Shown piece after piece: positions 27,403-40,602 of a stretch of DNA of 64,000 bases (position 1 is the stretch's first letter; the number at the start of each line of letters is the position of its first letter). Position numbers and translations under genes: made by a program. Source of the stretch: Octopus sinensis (Eukaryota); assembly GCF_006345805.1 (NCBI RefSeq), contig NC_043001.1, forward strand, positions 106,268,001 through 106,332,000, given 5' to 3'. The notes under the pieces are model-generated. The model was not told where the DNA came from and ran no database searches. It saw only the letters and a list, made by a program, of their open reading frames with translations.

Positions 27403-29752
27403 GGAGCAATCTCAAGATTAATCAGCCGAAATTGCTAAGATGATCTGGTTTGACTGATGACTGAGGGCTTCGAATGTCCGTCCTGTGGTTCTTTGTCGTC
27501 TCTGTGGTGTTTCATGTTCTTGTCCATGTCTGTATTTAATTTTACTGTTTACCTATATAATCGGCGGCTACGTATCCACAATTGTCCTTATACGATAAGT
27601 ATATTTTTTTCTCAAGCTTTGATACGACTCTTAATCTGTCTCTTTTTCTCTCTCTCCCTCCTCCCTATTCCACTTCGTTCTTTCCCTCTCCATCCGTCCC
27701 CCCCCCCTTTCTACGTTTCTCTATCTCTCACCTCCAGCCCCCTCGATCTGTCTCTTTCTTCTCCTCCCTCGTCCACCTTCTCTCCCTTTTCATCTGTCCC
27801 TTTCTCCTGTCTTTTGTTCTCACGTGACAGCTAGCCGCTGTTGAGCGCTCTTTTCGTTTTCAGCAGCCTCAGAAGCAACACGGATTTGTTCGTCTCCCCG
27901 TGGCCTTTAGGCACAACTTCACAAGCCAGCCCCTACTCAAATCGTCCTGTCGAAAGACCCTTGTCCTACGTCTGGTTTTGTTTTGTGTTTATTTTTTATT
28001 CACGTTATTGTTTTTACGTTTTTGTATTCTATTGGTTTGGTGTACGTATTCTGTATTTTGTTTTTTGTGTACTTCGATCGTTTTCCGTCCTTTCGTTGTA
28101 TACATTCGAAGCTTGGGCTGGCCATATCGGAGCAATCTCAAGATTAATCAGCCGAAATTGCTAAGATGATCTGGTTCTTGACTGATGACTGAGGGCTTCG
28201 AATGTCCCGTCCTGTGGTTCTTGTGTCGTCTCTGTGGTGTTTCATGTTCTTGTCCATGTCTGTATTTAATTTTACTGTTTACCTATATAATCGGCGGCTA
28301 CGTATCCACAATTGTCCTTATACGATAAGTATATTTTTTTCTCAAGCTTTGATACGACTCTTAATCTGTCTCTTTTTCTCTCTCTCTCCCTCCTCCCTTA
28401 TTCCACTTCCGTTCTTCCCTCTCCATCCGTCCCCCCCCCCTTTCTACGTTTCTCTATCTCTCTCACCTCCAGCCCCCTCGATCTGTTCTTTTCTTCTCCT
28501 CCCTCGTCCACCTTCTCTCCCTTTTCATCTGTCCCTTTCTCCTGTCTTTTGTTCTCACGTGACAGCTAGCCGCTGTTGAGCGCTCTTTTCGTTTTCAGCA
28601 GCCTCAGAAGCAACACGGATTTGTTCGTCTCCCCGTGGCCTTTAGGCACAACTTCACAAGCCAGCCCCTACTCAAATCGTCCTGTCGAAAGACCCTTGTC
28701 CTACGTCCTGGTTTTGTTTTGTGTTTATTTTATTTTCACCGTATTGTTTTTACGTTTTTGTATTCTTATGGTGTCACGTATTCTGTATTTTTGTTTGTGT
28801 ACTTCGATCGTTTTCCGTCCTTTCGTTGTATACATTCGAAGCTTGGGGCGGCCATATCGGAGCAATCTCAAGATTAATCAGCCGAAATTGCTAAGATGAT
28901 CTGGTTCTTGACTGATGACTGAGGGCTTCGAATGTCCCGTCCTGTGGTTCTTGTGTCGTCTCTGTGGTGTGTTCATGTTCTTGTCCATGTCTGTATTTAA
29001 TTTTACTGTTTACCTATATAATCGGCGGCTACGTATCCACAATTGTCCTTATACGATAAGTATATTTTTTTCTCAAGCTTTGATACGACTCTTAATCTGT
29101 CTCTTTTTCTCTCTCCTCTCCTCCTCCCTTATTCCACTTCCGTTCTTTCCCTCTCCATCCGTCCCCCCCCCCTTTCTACGTTTCTCTATCTCTCTCACCT
29201 CCAGCCCCCTCGATCTGTCTCTTCTTCTCCTCCCTCGTCCACCTTCTCTCCCTTTTCATCTGTCCCTTTCTCCTGTCTTTTGTTCTCACGTGACAGCTAG
29301 CCGCTGTTGAGCGCTCTTTTCGTTTTCAGCAGCCTCAGAAGGCAACACGGATTTGTTCGTCTCCCCGTGGCCTTTAGGCACAACTTCACAAGCCAGCCCC
29401 TACTCAAATCGTCCTGTCGAAAGACCCTTGTCCTACGTCCTGGTTTTGTTTTGTTGTTTATTTTTTATTTTCACCGTTATTGTTTTTACGTTTTGTGTAT
29501 TCTTATTGGTGTCACGTATTCTGTATTTTTGTTTGTGTACTTCGATCGTTTTCCGTCCTTTCGTTGTATACATTCGAAGCTTTGGGCTGGCCATATCGGA
29601 GCAATCTCAAGATTAATCAGCCGAAATTGCTAAGATGATCTGGTTCTTGACTGATGACTGAGGGCTTCGAATGTCCCGTCCTGTGGTTCTTGTGTCGTCT
29701 GTGGTGTTTCATGTTCTGTCCATGCTGTATTTAATTTTACTGTTTACCTATA
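27402..29752 (+). repeat. Tandem array of ~3.2 units of a 726-739-bp non-coding element, flanked by (TA)n; retrozyme-like
   Basis: Unit starts at 27402, 28128, 28858 and 29597. No credible ORF. (TA)n on both sides. Each unit carries hammerhead core motifs. Confidence 0.9.
28131..28196 (+). ncRNA. Candidate non-circularly permuted hammerhead ribozyme (also 28861-28926, 29600-29665; damaged copy at ~27405-27468)
   Basis: agcaAT-C-tcaaga / tcagcc-GAAAttgct / tcttga-CTGATGA-ctga. Helices I and III are perfect 6 bp in exact core register; helix II is ambiguous. Confidence 0.5.
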
Positions 29753-29870
29753 TTATATATATATATATATATGCATATGTTGCATGTACGTGTAGATAGA
29801 TTCATAATATATATTCAGGTATATACATATAATATATACACACATAAACATACATGCACATATATATATA

Positions 29871-29930
<60 letters not shown>
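29753..29930. repeat. (TA)n-rich microsatellite
   Basis: Visible. Confidence 0.9.
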
Positions 29931-29931
<1 letters not shown>

Positions 29932-30489
29932 ATTATAATCATAGGAAACAAGAGGTTAAGTTATAATTCACAGATTATAAATTGGGAATATGTTTGTTAT
30001 CTCAACCTGGATTAAATATGGTATGTTTTGTTAGAATAATTTAATATACAGTTTCAGAAAGAGTACAAACAAACAGTGAGATCTTTAGAGTCTTTACAAA
30101 GATTTTTCAAGTCTATGAATGAGATTGGAAATTTAGAAATATTTATCATTAAAATATGCTTCTGAATATTATTTGAAGTTGTGCTTTTAATAGAATAACC
30201 ATTTATTTTACACATAACGTTTTAATCTAACACTATATTATGCTTGCTTCCTGCTTTTAAATTTCCATCTGATATATTAATATCCTTAGAGGAAATACAG
30301 GATTCTAAAAACTATTAACTGAGATTCCTTACATATAATCACTGCATTGTATTAGGTGACAAATCGTTAATAGTGCAGATGGCTTATTTTAACTTTGTGA
30401 GGATTCTATTTTATGATTTAGACTATTGCTACAAGCTTTGAAGTAAAGAAAAATTACTTATTCGAGTATATGTATGGGGATTATTTAGT

Positions 30490-30763
30490 AAGGCGGCGAG
30501 CTGGTAGAATAGTTTGTATACCGGACAAAATACTTCGCGGTATTTTAGTCCGTTTTTATAAGGTTGCGAGCTGGCAGAAACGTTAGCACGCCAGGCGAAA
30601 TGCTTAGCGGTACTTCGTCTGTCATTACGTTCTGAGTTCAAATTCCGCCGAGGTCGACTTTTTCTTTAATCCTTTCGGGTTTCATAAATTAAGTAATGGG
30701 GTCGTTCTAATCGGCTGGTCTCCCTCCCCAAAAGCTTCGGGGCTGTGCCTAGAGTAGAAAAGA
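30490..30763 (+). mobile_element. tRNA-derived SINE (family A) with duplicated head
   Basis: 'aaggcggcgagctggtagaat...' followed by 'gcgagctggcagaaacgttagcacgcc...gagttcaaattccgccgaggtcgac'. Confidence 0.85.
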
Positions 30764-31560
30764 TTTTAGTCTGTGTTTATATTCTTAGTTCGAATTCCAC
30801 CGAGATCGACTTCACCTTTCATCCTTTCGAGGTCGTTGAGATAAGTTTCACTTTAGTGGGTTCTGGAGTTGTGTTCTTCAGCCAAAAACATTTTATTTCA
30901 CGTTGCTCTGATGGTGTGTCGGGTTTAGCATATCAAAGCATAAATCCAAGGTGCCGTCCGGGTGTCGTGAAAGGCGACTAATAGATGTCGAGATAAGATT
31001 TACACTCCGATCTTATAAAACGTTCGCCAGAAACGACTACCAAAACAGACACATGTGTTGGACGGCTGCTGCCTGTGGTACAAGGCTCTCATCCGCCAGG
31101 AATACGGAACCACAAATAAATAGTGAATATAGAGACAAGCTGTTAGAGCGATTACACCACAACTACCACTACCACCACCCATACTACTACTATTTCTCCA
31201 AAATTGCTTGCTTTATGTCAACATAAGAAAAGAATCATTTAGCAAGACTGCGAGATGGTGAAATTGTTACTGTGTCGACGACAATTCTAAGTGGAATTTC
31301 TTCAAGCTTTACGTTCCGAGGTTATATTATTCTGGCAAAGTTGACTTTGGCTTTATTCCTTCTTTTGGGAGTCGATTAAAATAAGTACCAGTCAAACAGT
31401 GGTGTCGATCTGGTGGTCTAGATCCATTCTCTAAAATTTCAGGTGAGGAGATTGTAGCAGAAAGAATTATTTAGTAATTTGGTACGATGGAAGTTTCAGC
31501 GTTATTCGAAATTTGGAAGTACAAAGAGTATATTTTTGACTTACTCCACTACACGACACG

Positions 31561-31988
31561 GGCAAAGGCGTGGTTGTGCGGTAAGAATATTTCTTCCCAA
31601 TCAGATGGTTTCAGGTTCAGTCCCACTGCGTGGTATCTTGGGTAAGTGTCTTCTACTATGGTCTCGGGCCGACAAAAGCTTTGTAAGTGGAGTTAGTTGA
31701 CGGAAACTGAAAGAATCCCTGTCGTATATATATATATGTATGTATATACGTGTGTGTGTGTGTGCTTGTATGTGGATGGGTAGGTGTGTGAGTTTTTGAC
31801 CTCCCCTCGCCGCTTGAAAACCGGTGTTGATGTATTTACTTCACTGTAAATTAGCATTTCGGCAAAAGTGACCGGCAGAATAAGTATCAGGCTAAAAGAA
31901 TAAGTCATGGGGTCGATAACGTTCGACTAAAACCCTTCAAGGTGGTGCTCCAGCATGATCGCAGTCAAATGACTGAAGCAAGTAAAAC
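31561..31988 (+). mobile_element. tRNA-derived SINE (family C), full length
   Basis: Head 'ggcgtggttgtgcggtaag...ggttcagtcccactgcgtgg', internal TA/TG tract, tail 'ggtgctccagcatgatcgcagtcaaatgactgaagcaagtaaaa'. Confidence 0.85.
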
Positions 31989-32360
31989 ATAAGACAAACT
32001 GGTTCAGAAAATCCACATCAATTCATATATGTACCAGTCTGTATGATTTTGTTCGTTGCCATCTTTTTATATAAGCCGTTCCGATCAATTCGATTATTAA
32101 TCAAAGCGGAGCAAATTTAAAGACGTTTTACAATTATATATGTTAACCAAGACACATACCTTCTCTATTTGTTATTGGTCTACTATGACAAGGCCCCTGC
32201 AGTTCCTGCTTGAGGAAGGCATCTTTGACGTTTGTTCCACGTATATATTGCTATAATGACCGTCTCAAAATACAGCAAACTAGTATTACAAACTATGTTT
32301 AAACACACTTCAGAAAGCTTGCCAACCAGATACAAATATGAAATGTATGTGTGTGTGTGT

Positions 32361-32690
32361 GTCATTGTTCAGTTTTATTTCAAGATTTCTGGCCAATAGA
32401 GAAAGAGCCGGTTTCTAACCTAGATCCAAAATATGTGTGTATAAGCATATGTGTGTGTATGTACATGCGTGTGTATGTATATGTGTTTGTATGCCACTGT
32501 TCAGGTTTATTTCAAGGTCTCTTGCCAACAGAGAAAGTCGGTTTCTAACCTAGATCGAATGTATGTGCGTATATGTATATATATGTATGTACATTTGTGT
32601 GCATGTATATCTGTATGTATGTCATTGTTCACTTTATTTCAAGATTTCTTGTCAATACAGAAAGAGCCGACTTCTAACCTAAATCCAATG
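32361..32690. repeat. Three ~130-bp tandem units (gtcattgttca...gtttctaacctagatcc plus TG/TA)
   Basis: Units start near 32361, 32493 and 32621. Confidence 0.85.
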
Positions 32691-32799
32691 TATGTGTGTA
32701 TGTGTATGTATTTACATGTTTGCGAGTGAGTGTGTATGTGCTCGCGCATTTGTGCGTGTGCATGTGTGTGTATGTGTGTGTTTGTGTTTATTACAAGAG

Positions 32800-33200
32800 A
32801 AAGCACAAAATTTCATCCGAAGGAGACTTTTTCTGTAGAACCTATTCCTTTGTTAAGTCCCTTTGTACGGAGAACAATTGCATTGAATGTAGGATGAACT
32901 CACAGTTTAACTGTAAGGTTAAGAATGTAGTGTAGAGCTTACGATGTAGTGAGGGACGGTGCGAAACATGGCATCTACATACAACGGTGAGATAGCATGC
33001 AGTATAAGAGAGCGCATACGTGAGCATTGGCGGGAGCTCAAAGAAGAGAAAGACTTGTCAGTGCTCTACCAACATCTTGAGGCAGAACTTGGAGGCTCGA
33101 TTAATAGCAGAGGGGTTAAAGTATTATCGATGCATAGAAAAGACACAACACTAAGATCACAGAGGCTACACACATATCAGTGGACAGACCGATCCTCTAT
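32800..33200 (+). mobile_element. Degenerate PLE GIY-YIG endonuclease fragment (different family from 17985-24677)
   Basis: CIEC...FNCKVKNVV*.LRC and TYNGEIACSIRERIREH resemble the PLE CxxC..C..KNVVY..C / YIGET.R.L..RI.EH motifs. Confidence 0.7.
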
Positions 33201-33682
33201 AGAAAACACAAATAGAACAACAACACCTACCACCACACCACGCCACATAACTAAAGACAGAAGGGAGGAGAAGAGAGGGGGAGGAAATAATAATAGTAAA
33301 TAAAACACTGATACAGAGTAATACACACATAATAGGCATATATGCACCTACCTGTGATATATATAAGAAACAGAGATTGATAAATATGAAAATAAAAATT
33401 AAAAATAAAAATAGATAGGTAGATATATTTCTCCCTTTTCTGTGAAAGATATACGAAAAAGGGATAGATAAAAATAAAAAATAGATAAATAAATAAATAA
33501 ATTTATATAAAGGGTATAGACACAAGCCACATAAGAAGCACAAAAGAAAGAGGAATTGTACCAAATTTTCGGGTTCTAGGACTGCAGCAGTGACAACGTG
33601 ATAAGATGGGGTTGAGGGGGAGGTCATGCTGCTGCTAAGAACAATGACACACACACACACACGCACACACACACACACACAT

Positions 33683-33755
<73 letters not shown>

Positions 33756-33762
33756 ATATATA

Positions 33763-34105
33763 TTCTTTTACTTGCTTCAGTCATTTGACTGCGACCTTCA
33801 TGGAGCACCGCCTTTAGTCGAACAAATCAACCCAAGAATTTCTCCTTTGTAAGCTTAGTACTTATTCTATCGATCATTTTTACCGTAGCGCAAAGTTACG
33901 GCTGCGTAAACACACCAACATCGGTTATCAACCGATGGTGGGGATTGAACACAGACACAGAAATACATACATACAGAAATCCACTCACAAAGCTTTGGAC
34001 GGCCCAGGGCTATAGCAGAAAATACTTGTCCATGGTTGAACGCAGTGGGACTGAACCCAGAATCATGTGGCTTGGAAGCAAGCTTTTTAGCACACAACCA
34101 CACCT
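33763..34105 (-). mobile_element. tRNA-derived SINE (family C)
   Basis: Reverse complement matches 31561-31988. Confidence 0.8.
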
Positions 34106-34155
34106 ATATATATATATATACGATACAGGCACATGCTGACATATATGGGTATGTC

Positions 34156-34200
<45 letters not shown>

Positions 34201-35002
34201 GTAGATAGATAGAGCAAGCGAAATAATATTCTAAAATAAACTGAAATTGTATGATGTAGTTATTGTTGTGATGCTGCTGTTAATCTTCGAATTTTACGCC
34301 AGAAAGATGAATGCAACATAATCCATATCTAAACAACCCGAAGCGAATTAGATTAAATGCTGCGTAGCTGAAACACTTCATTTTGTTCTCTTTGGCAAGG
34401 AAAATAATCATCCTTTCAGAATGCAATGCAAACGAAATCATACAAAAACATTCCTCTTAGCGTGATAACCAACTGAGATCATTACGAAACTAATTTCACA
34501 ATATTAAAAATGCTTGATTTTCTAGAAAAAAGTGGCTTTTTGGAAGTCTCTAAATGTAAATCGGATTCCATACTACAGAATTGTTTTGTTGTTATTTATT
34601 TCTAGTTGTTTTATGTTTTGTGTAAAATATCATGAATGGATTATTACTTTGATTTTAATACAAAATATTCCGGTAGGGTATTATTTATACTTTTAATAAA
34701 ACTGGGAAATATGTTGAGCCAGATTCGGCAAATCTCTATAGCTTCATTATAAGCTTTATAGCACAATACAATATTTTGAATGTTCAAAGTTCAGCTTCAT
34801 GTTTAGTGCGTTATTTCCAATGCATTTTTACGTATTTAGTACTGAAACTCTAAAAGTGCATTTCACTTCTTCCTATAATTATTTATGCCCTTGAATATTT
34901 CTCATCTATATTACCAATTTTGTCGTTTTTATTAAAATAATCTCTTTGTGAATTTTTTGAAACTATACTAAGTCTATCTTATTTCGTTAATCGCAACGTA
35001 TT

Positions 35003-35634
35003 CTTTTCTACTCAAGGCACAAGGCCCGAACTTTTTTTTGGGGGGGGTGGGGCGAGGAGGCAATCGATTAAGTCGAACCCAGTATGCAACTGGTACTTAA
35101 TTTATCGACCTTGAAAGGATGAAAGACAAAGTCGACCTCGATGGAATTTGAATTCAGAACGTAAAGACAGACGAAATACTGCTAAGCATTTCGCCCGGCG
35201 TGCTAACTTTTCTGTCAGCTTGCCATCTTTTCTACCGTAGGCACAAGGCCCGATTTTTTTTTATTTTGCGGGGGCGGGGGGCGATCGATTATATCCACCC
35301 CAGTATGCACCTGGTACTTAATTTATCGACCATAAAAGGATGCCAGGCAAAGTCGACCTTGGCGTAATTTGAACTCAGAACGTAAAGACAGACGAAATAC
35401 CTATTTCTTTACTACCCACAAGGGCCTAAACACAGAGGGGACAAACAAGGACAGACAAACGGATTAACTTGATTATATCGACTCTAGTACGTAACTGGTA
35501 TTTATTTAATCAACCCCGAGAGGATGAAAGGCAAAGTCGACCTCGGCGGAATTTGAACTCAGAACGTAATGGCAGACGAAATACCACTAGGCATTTCGCC
35601 CGGCGTGCTAACGTTTCTGCCAGCTCGCCGCCTT
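35003..35634 (-). mobile_element. Stack of three family A SINEs in the same orientation
   Basis: Core 'ggtacttaatttatcgacc...aaagtcgacct' repeats at ~35090, ~35310 and ~35500. Confidence 0.85.
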
Positions 35635-36204
35635 CTTAATCACAACTTATTAACCTTCTATGGACGATATCGTCACCAAATAATCTTTCGACACATAGTC
35701 ATTAATCGGCCATGAAATTAGATTCCCAAAAGCCACAATCCGTCCTCTTTGGTTTCTTTTATAATTAATGTCAGATAAATATCGAGATTTATAATATTTT
35801 CTGTCTTTTTTGCTCTGAATATACGCGATTACATGTTCGTTCAATCCGAAAGAAGTGATACTACTCCACTGCAATATATTCATTAAAAAAAAGCTTCTCG
35901 GTATATTTAATTATTTATTTATTCAAATAGTTGACAAGTTTTCTCAGTTTTCATACTCGCACTACCGATCTCCTATACTCTCTCTACCATTTCCTTCTAC
36001 ATAGTTATTATACCTCGAATGGTCATGTCCTTACCTCATCTAGTAGAAGACATAGACCATCCCGACCATATATAAAGGGCGTTGTTCATCAACCTGTTCA
36101 TATTTTGATAAGTCTTAACTCAACAACATCCTGCCTAGGTGAAGTTCACGTGAGAGCAAAGAAAAGCACACATTCACACTCTGCACGTGATTAGACTCGA
36201 GAAG

Positions 36205-36733
36205 TTTGTGAGGAACCCATTGACCCAATTTGCCGACTTTTCCGATGACACACAAGTGTCGATGAATGATTGAGTGACCAAATCCAAGCCTCTCTGCTAG
36301 TTACGATGGAATTTTGTTCCTCCAGGGTTTGCAGGACGTCCTCGTTGAGCTCTACAGATCTCCCAGGACGAGGCTCGTCTTCTAGGCTGTAGTTTCAGAC
36401 TCAGAATTTCTGGAATCCCCTCTGACACTGGCTTACGCTTATTGTTCGATTTCCATATACTGCATTAATATTCCTCGCACTTTATGTTGCGTTGTTGCAT
36501 TTATTGAACTCATAAAGCAAAATATGCCGAATATTCTCCTTTGTCACTTCCATTATAGCTTTGAAAAAATAAGTGTTAAAATCGAACTGTACTATTCAAA
36601 ACTTTCACTAAGAATAAGACAAGGTAAAATTACTACCAGCTTTTATAGCAAGCTCATGCAGGTTTTTTATCTCGCTCCACTCCCGATTTTTAATTCATGC
36701 AATTGAAAAGAACGTATTATTTATGGGATGAAC
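36205..36733 (-). mobile_element. Mariner 5' fragment (same family as 14880-15795), one TIR
   Basis: High similarity to 15330-15795; TIR 'tattatttatgggatgaacc'. Confidence 0.85.
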
Positions 36734-38604
36734 CACTATATATGGGATAATCTATTAGTAGACCACTCAAGTAATTTAGTGATAATCTTTTCAAAGGAAT
36801 CTCATCGGCCGTTATGCTTCCCATGCAGCATTGTACGCAGGACTTCTGACTAATCAAAGCAATATTCGGAGACGAGTATCATCAACGTCAACTTGCTTTG
36901 CACAATGCATAACCGTCGTAAACTTTGCATGGTCGTTACTTTCTTCTGCTTTCGCTCATATTTATTTATCTACTGATCCGTATCACGACCCCAAACGTTG
37001 AAGTTGAATATTAAAATCATTAACATTCTACATTTAGGTTTAAGGAAGATATAAAATGACACTGTCTTCTTTGTCAAAGTGTTATAAATACATCTATCAT
37101 ATATAGAGCCTGTGCCGTCTTCCGTTCACTGACATTTAAATTCAGTCCTCTAACACATTATAAAAATCCGATGCAGAAATCATGCTTAAAACAAACCTTT
37201 GTATCAAAATTGCTGCAGAATCATATTTGTTTTGCACTCGAAAAACAATTAAAAAAACGTCGGGACAGAATATATAAATATTTTCTACTAACTGGTGCCA
37301 AGAAAAATACGATTGAAAACCATAATTTTTGTTTTGTTATATGAGCTATAAGACACGACACCACTTCTTCTAAGTAATATAGAGGTGCATGCTTTGTGTT
37401 TACTATTTATCCGCTGATCCCTGCACTACGTTACTTTAAAGAGGTGGAAATGAAGGATCGAAACTCCTGCACGCTATTTTCCTCTTCGCCATTGTCAGGC
37501 TGTAAAAATAACGAAAGAAAAGAAAGGAACTGGGAACAAAGCTAATATTACATACCTCTGGATATTATAGGGTAAAATATTCGATTAAGGACTGATTCAA
37601 TCTGTAAATTATTCATCCATTCTGCACTTATATTGTCAAAAGAAACGGTTATTGCATGAACGCTGTATGTCCTTTTGATGTCGTTTGCTGTTTAGTATTG
37701 TAAACTCTTCTGCAATGAGAACGGAGAATTATATAATCGATTATTGACCATTAGAATCGAACAGTTATCCATATCACTCTTGCAAATAAATATATATTAC
37801 GAACATAAGCATTAGATATTTTGAATAAATAATACGGCAGTGAGAAAACAGTTCTTTCATTTATTTTGTCAACGTTTTCATTTTATATAATTTCCATTGG
37901 GTAATGTAATTGACTTTTAAAACCTCTCCGAGATGAACTTCACGGTCGACCACCGGCTTTTAAATTATGATTCAATCATTAATTGAATGAATACGCTTCT
38001 CAACTATATTTTTGTTTTCTCATAGTACGTCTAGACATTCATGTCTGAGCTTTTTAACTAATAATTCTACCATGGATCCGACACTGACTTCTACGACTTA
38101 GCTTTGTTACCTTATCATTATTTTTTGCTTCAAATCTCAATCTAAAAGTATTTATGATCGCATGATAAAATATTATAGCTATACAGTGCAACGAAAGTTT
38201 GTTTTCTTAAGTCTTCATAATATTATATTACGGGAATTTTTTAACTGCAATTGTTTATATGCAATTACAGTATAGATCACATTTCCTCTATTTTATTACA
38301 ATACCGAACAGATAAGCCATTTGGTGTCGTAATAAAAAAATCATAATTATATGGATTAGAATAGGCCAAGCAAAAGTAATGAATTTCTTTTCCACAACTT
38401 TTCCCCGCATATAGAAATTGCTTTTATATAGAAGCATTACTCTGTGGCATACGATAGCTGACTGATTTTGTATTTAAAACTTTCAATATCGTCAATTATG
38501 CTGTTAAAATGTCTCTCCAATGCATTTGTCAAAAGAGTTTTAGTGCCAGATTTTATCCATCCCTGACATAATCAATAAATATTATACAAAAAGAAGTAAA
38601 CACA

Positions 38605-38607
<3 letters not shown>

Positions 38608-38656
<49 letters not shown>

Positions 38657-38675
38657 TTATACATAGAGATGTAAA

Positions 38676-38714
<39 letters not shown>

Positions 38715-38736
38715 CATTTATACATAGAGATGTAAA

Positions 38737-38774
<38 letters not shown>

Positions 38775-38820
38775 CATACATTTATACATAGAGATGTAAA
38801 ATAAATATATATTATATATA

Positions 38821-38858
<38 letters not shown>

Positions 38859-38937
38859 TTATACATAGAGATGTAAAATAAATATATATTATATATATAT
38901 ATACATTCATTTATACATAGAGATGTAAAATAAATAC
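38608..38937. repeat. Tandem units 'atacatttatacatagagatgtaaaataaa' separated by variable (TA)n
   Basis: About five copies visible. Confidence 0.9.
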
Positions 38938-39052
38938 GCACATATACACAACTATAAATCTGTGCTAATATATAATTCTCATTAAATATCTACATCCCTT
39001 TTATGCATACACGTGCGTACGTGTGCGTATTGTATGCATTATATAATATTTT

Positions 39053-39083
<31 letters not shown>

Positions 39084-39155
39084 CATTTTGTATGCATATA
39101 TATAAGTACACACATATATATATATATATATACATGTTTGTATGCAAATATATAA

Positions 39156-39186
<31 letters not shown>

Positions 39187-39581
39187 CATGTTTCTATGCA
39201 TATATATAAGCACGTATATATACACACATATATACGCACACATACACACACACACATATATATACATATACATAGGTATATGTATTAATGCATGCATATA
39301 TGCATAAGTTATTTTAAAATATATCACATTGATATGCATTATTGAATAGGAAAACCGAATGGACAAAACATCGACACAAAATAGAATATATAAAGATTAT
39401 CGGTCCCCGGTAAATCACTTTAGCAACACAACAAAAACTATTTATTTAAAATAGTAAAAAAAATATAAGTATGTTCATATGTGTGTGTGTGTGTGTGTGT
39501 ATGCTATATTCCGTTAAGAACGTAGCAAATACAGTATATATAATATATATATATATGTATATTTCTATATATGTATGTATG

Positions 39582-39635
<54 letters not shown>

Positions 39636-40564
39636 ATATATAATATATATATATATAACGTTCAATGAGCACATAGAATGTACGAATTTTAACAAAGCAC
39701 ATTTTACAGATTATATTATATATGTATGTGTTTGTCCATGCACACAAACACACACACACACATGCACACAAGGACACAAATACATATATCGATCGATCGA
39801 TAGATAGATAGATAGATTGCTACAGTGTGAATTTGTCGAAAACTTAGCAATATGTCAAAATACTTTAATGTAAACAAAATTAAAAAAATATCATTACTGT
39901 GTCACAGCTTTATGAAATATATTCAGTAGGTGCATTGCAATGTAGATTAGATGAATCTAAATAAATAAAATTATGGTAAAATGTCAGATATATTTTTAAA
40001 AGCCGCATTAAATAAGAAAGGGCAAAGCAGGAAAATTCAATTGACTTCTAAAACTTTAAAAAAACTCAATCCTAACGTCGGTCGTGCATAAACGCCGAGA
40101 ATAATACTTCAGTGTACGAAAACACTGGCGTAAATTTACGATTAAGATTATTATTTTATTGTTTCTTTACGCTCACGTTGCTTTTTTGATTTACATACTT
40201 TTATGCTTAATAACTCTCTAAACAGCAAACGTTTGGAGTAACAAATATATATCAACTGAGCCGTGTGCAAAATGAACATATATTTATATGCCTAAGTGCT
40301 TATATACGGAGTGTCTAACAAGGCTGAGACGTTTCTGTTGTCCCTAATGGATATATATCATAGAAAGTCACACACACACACACACACATACACACATATA
40401 TATATATATATATATACATACACATATATATTGCGTGTGTGTATAGTTTAGGACAATCAGTAAGTTGTCATTATAATAGAACTCGGAGTTTCAAATGCCG
40501 GCGTTAAGAGCTACAATGCATTCTCTCTGGTGCATTTTTACCTACACTTTGTTATGAAAGAAGA

Positions 40565-40602
<38 letters not shown>

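Noticed and set aside
27457-29633. Repeated F/L/S-rich ORFs in the tandem array
   Set aside because: They arise from pyrimidine-rich composition, and frames differ between units through indels.
32361-32690. Repeat-spacer-like pattern (also 38608-38937) resembling a CRISPR array
   Set aside because: The 'spacers' are microsatellite, the context is eukaryotic, and there are no cas genes.
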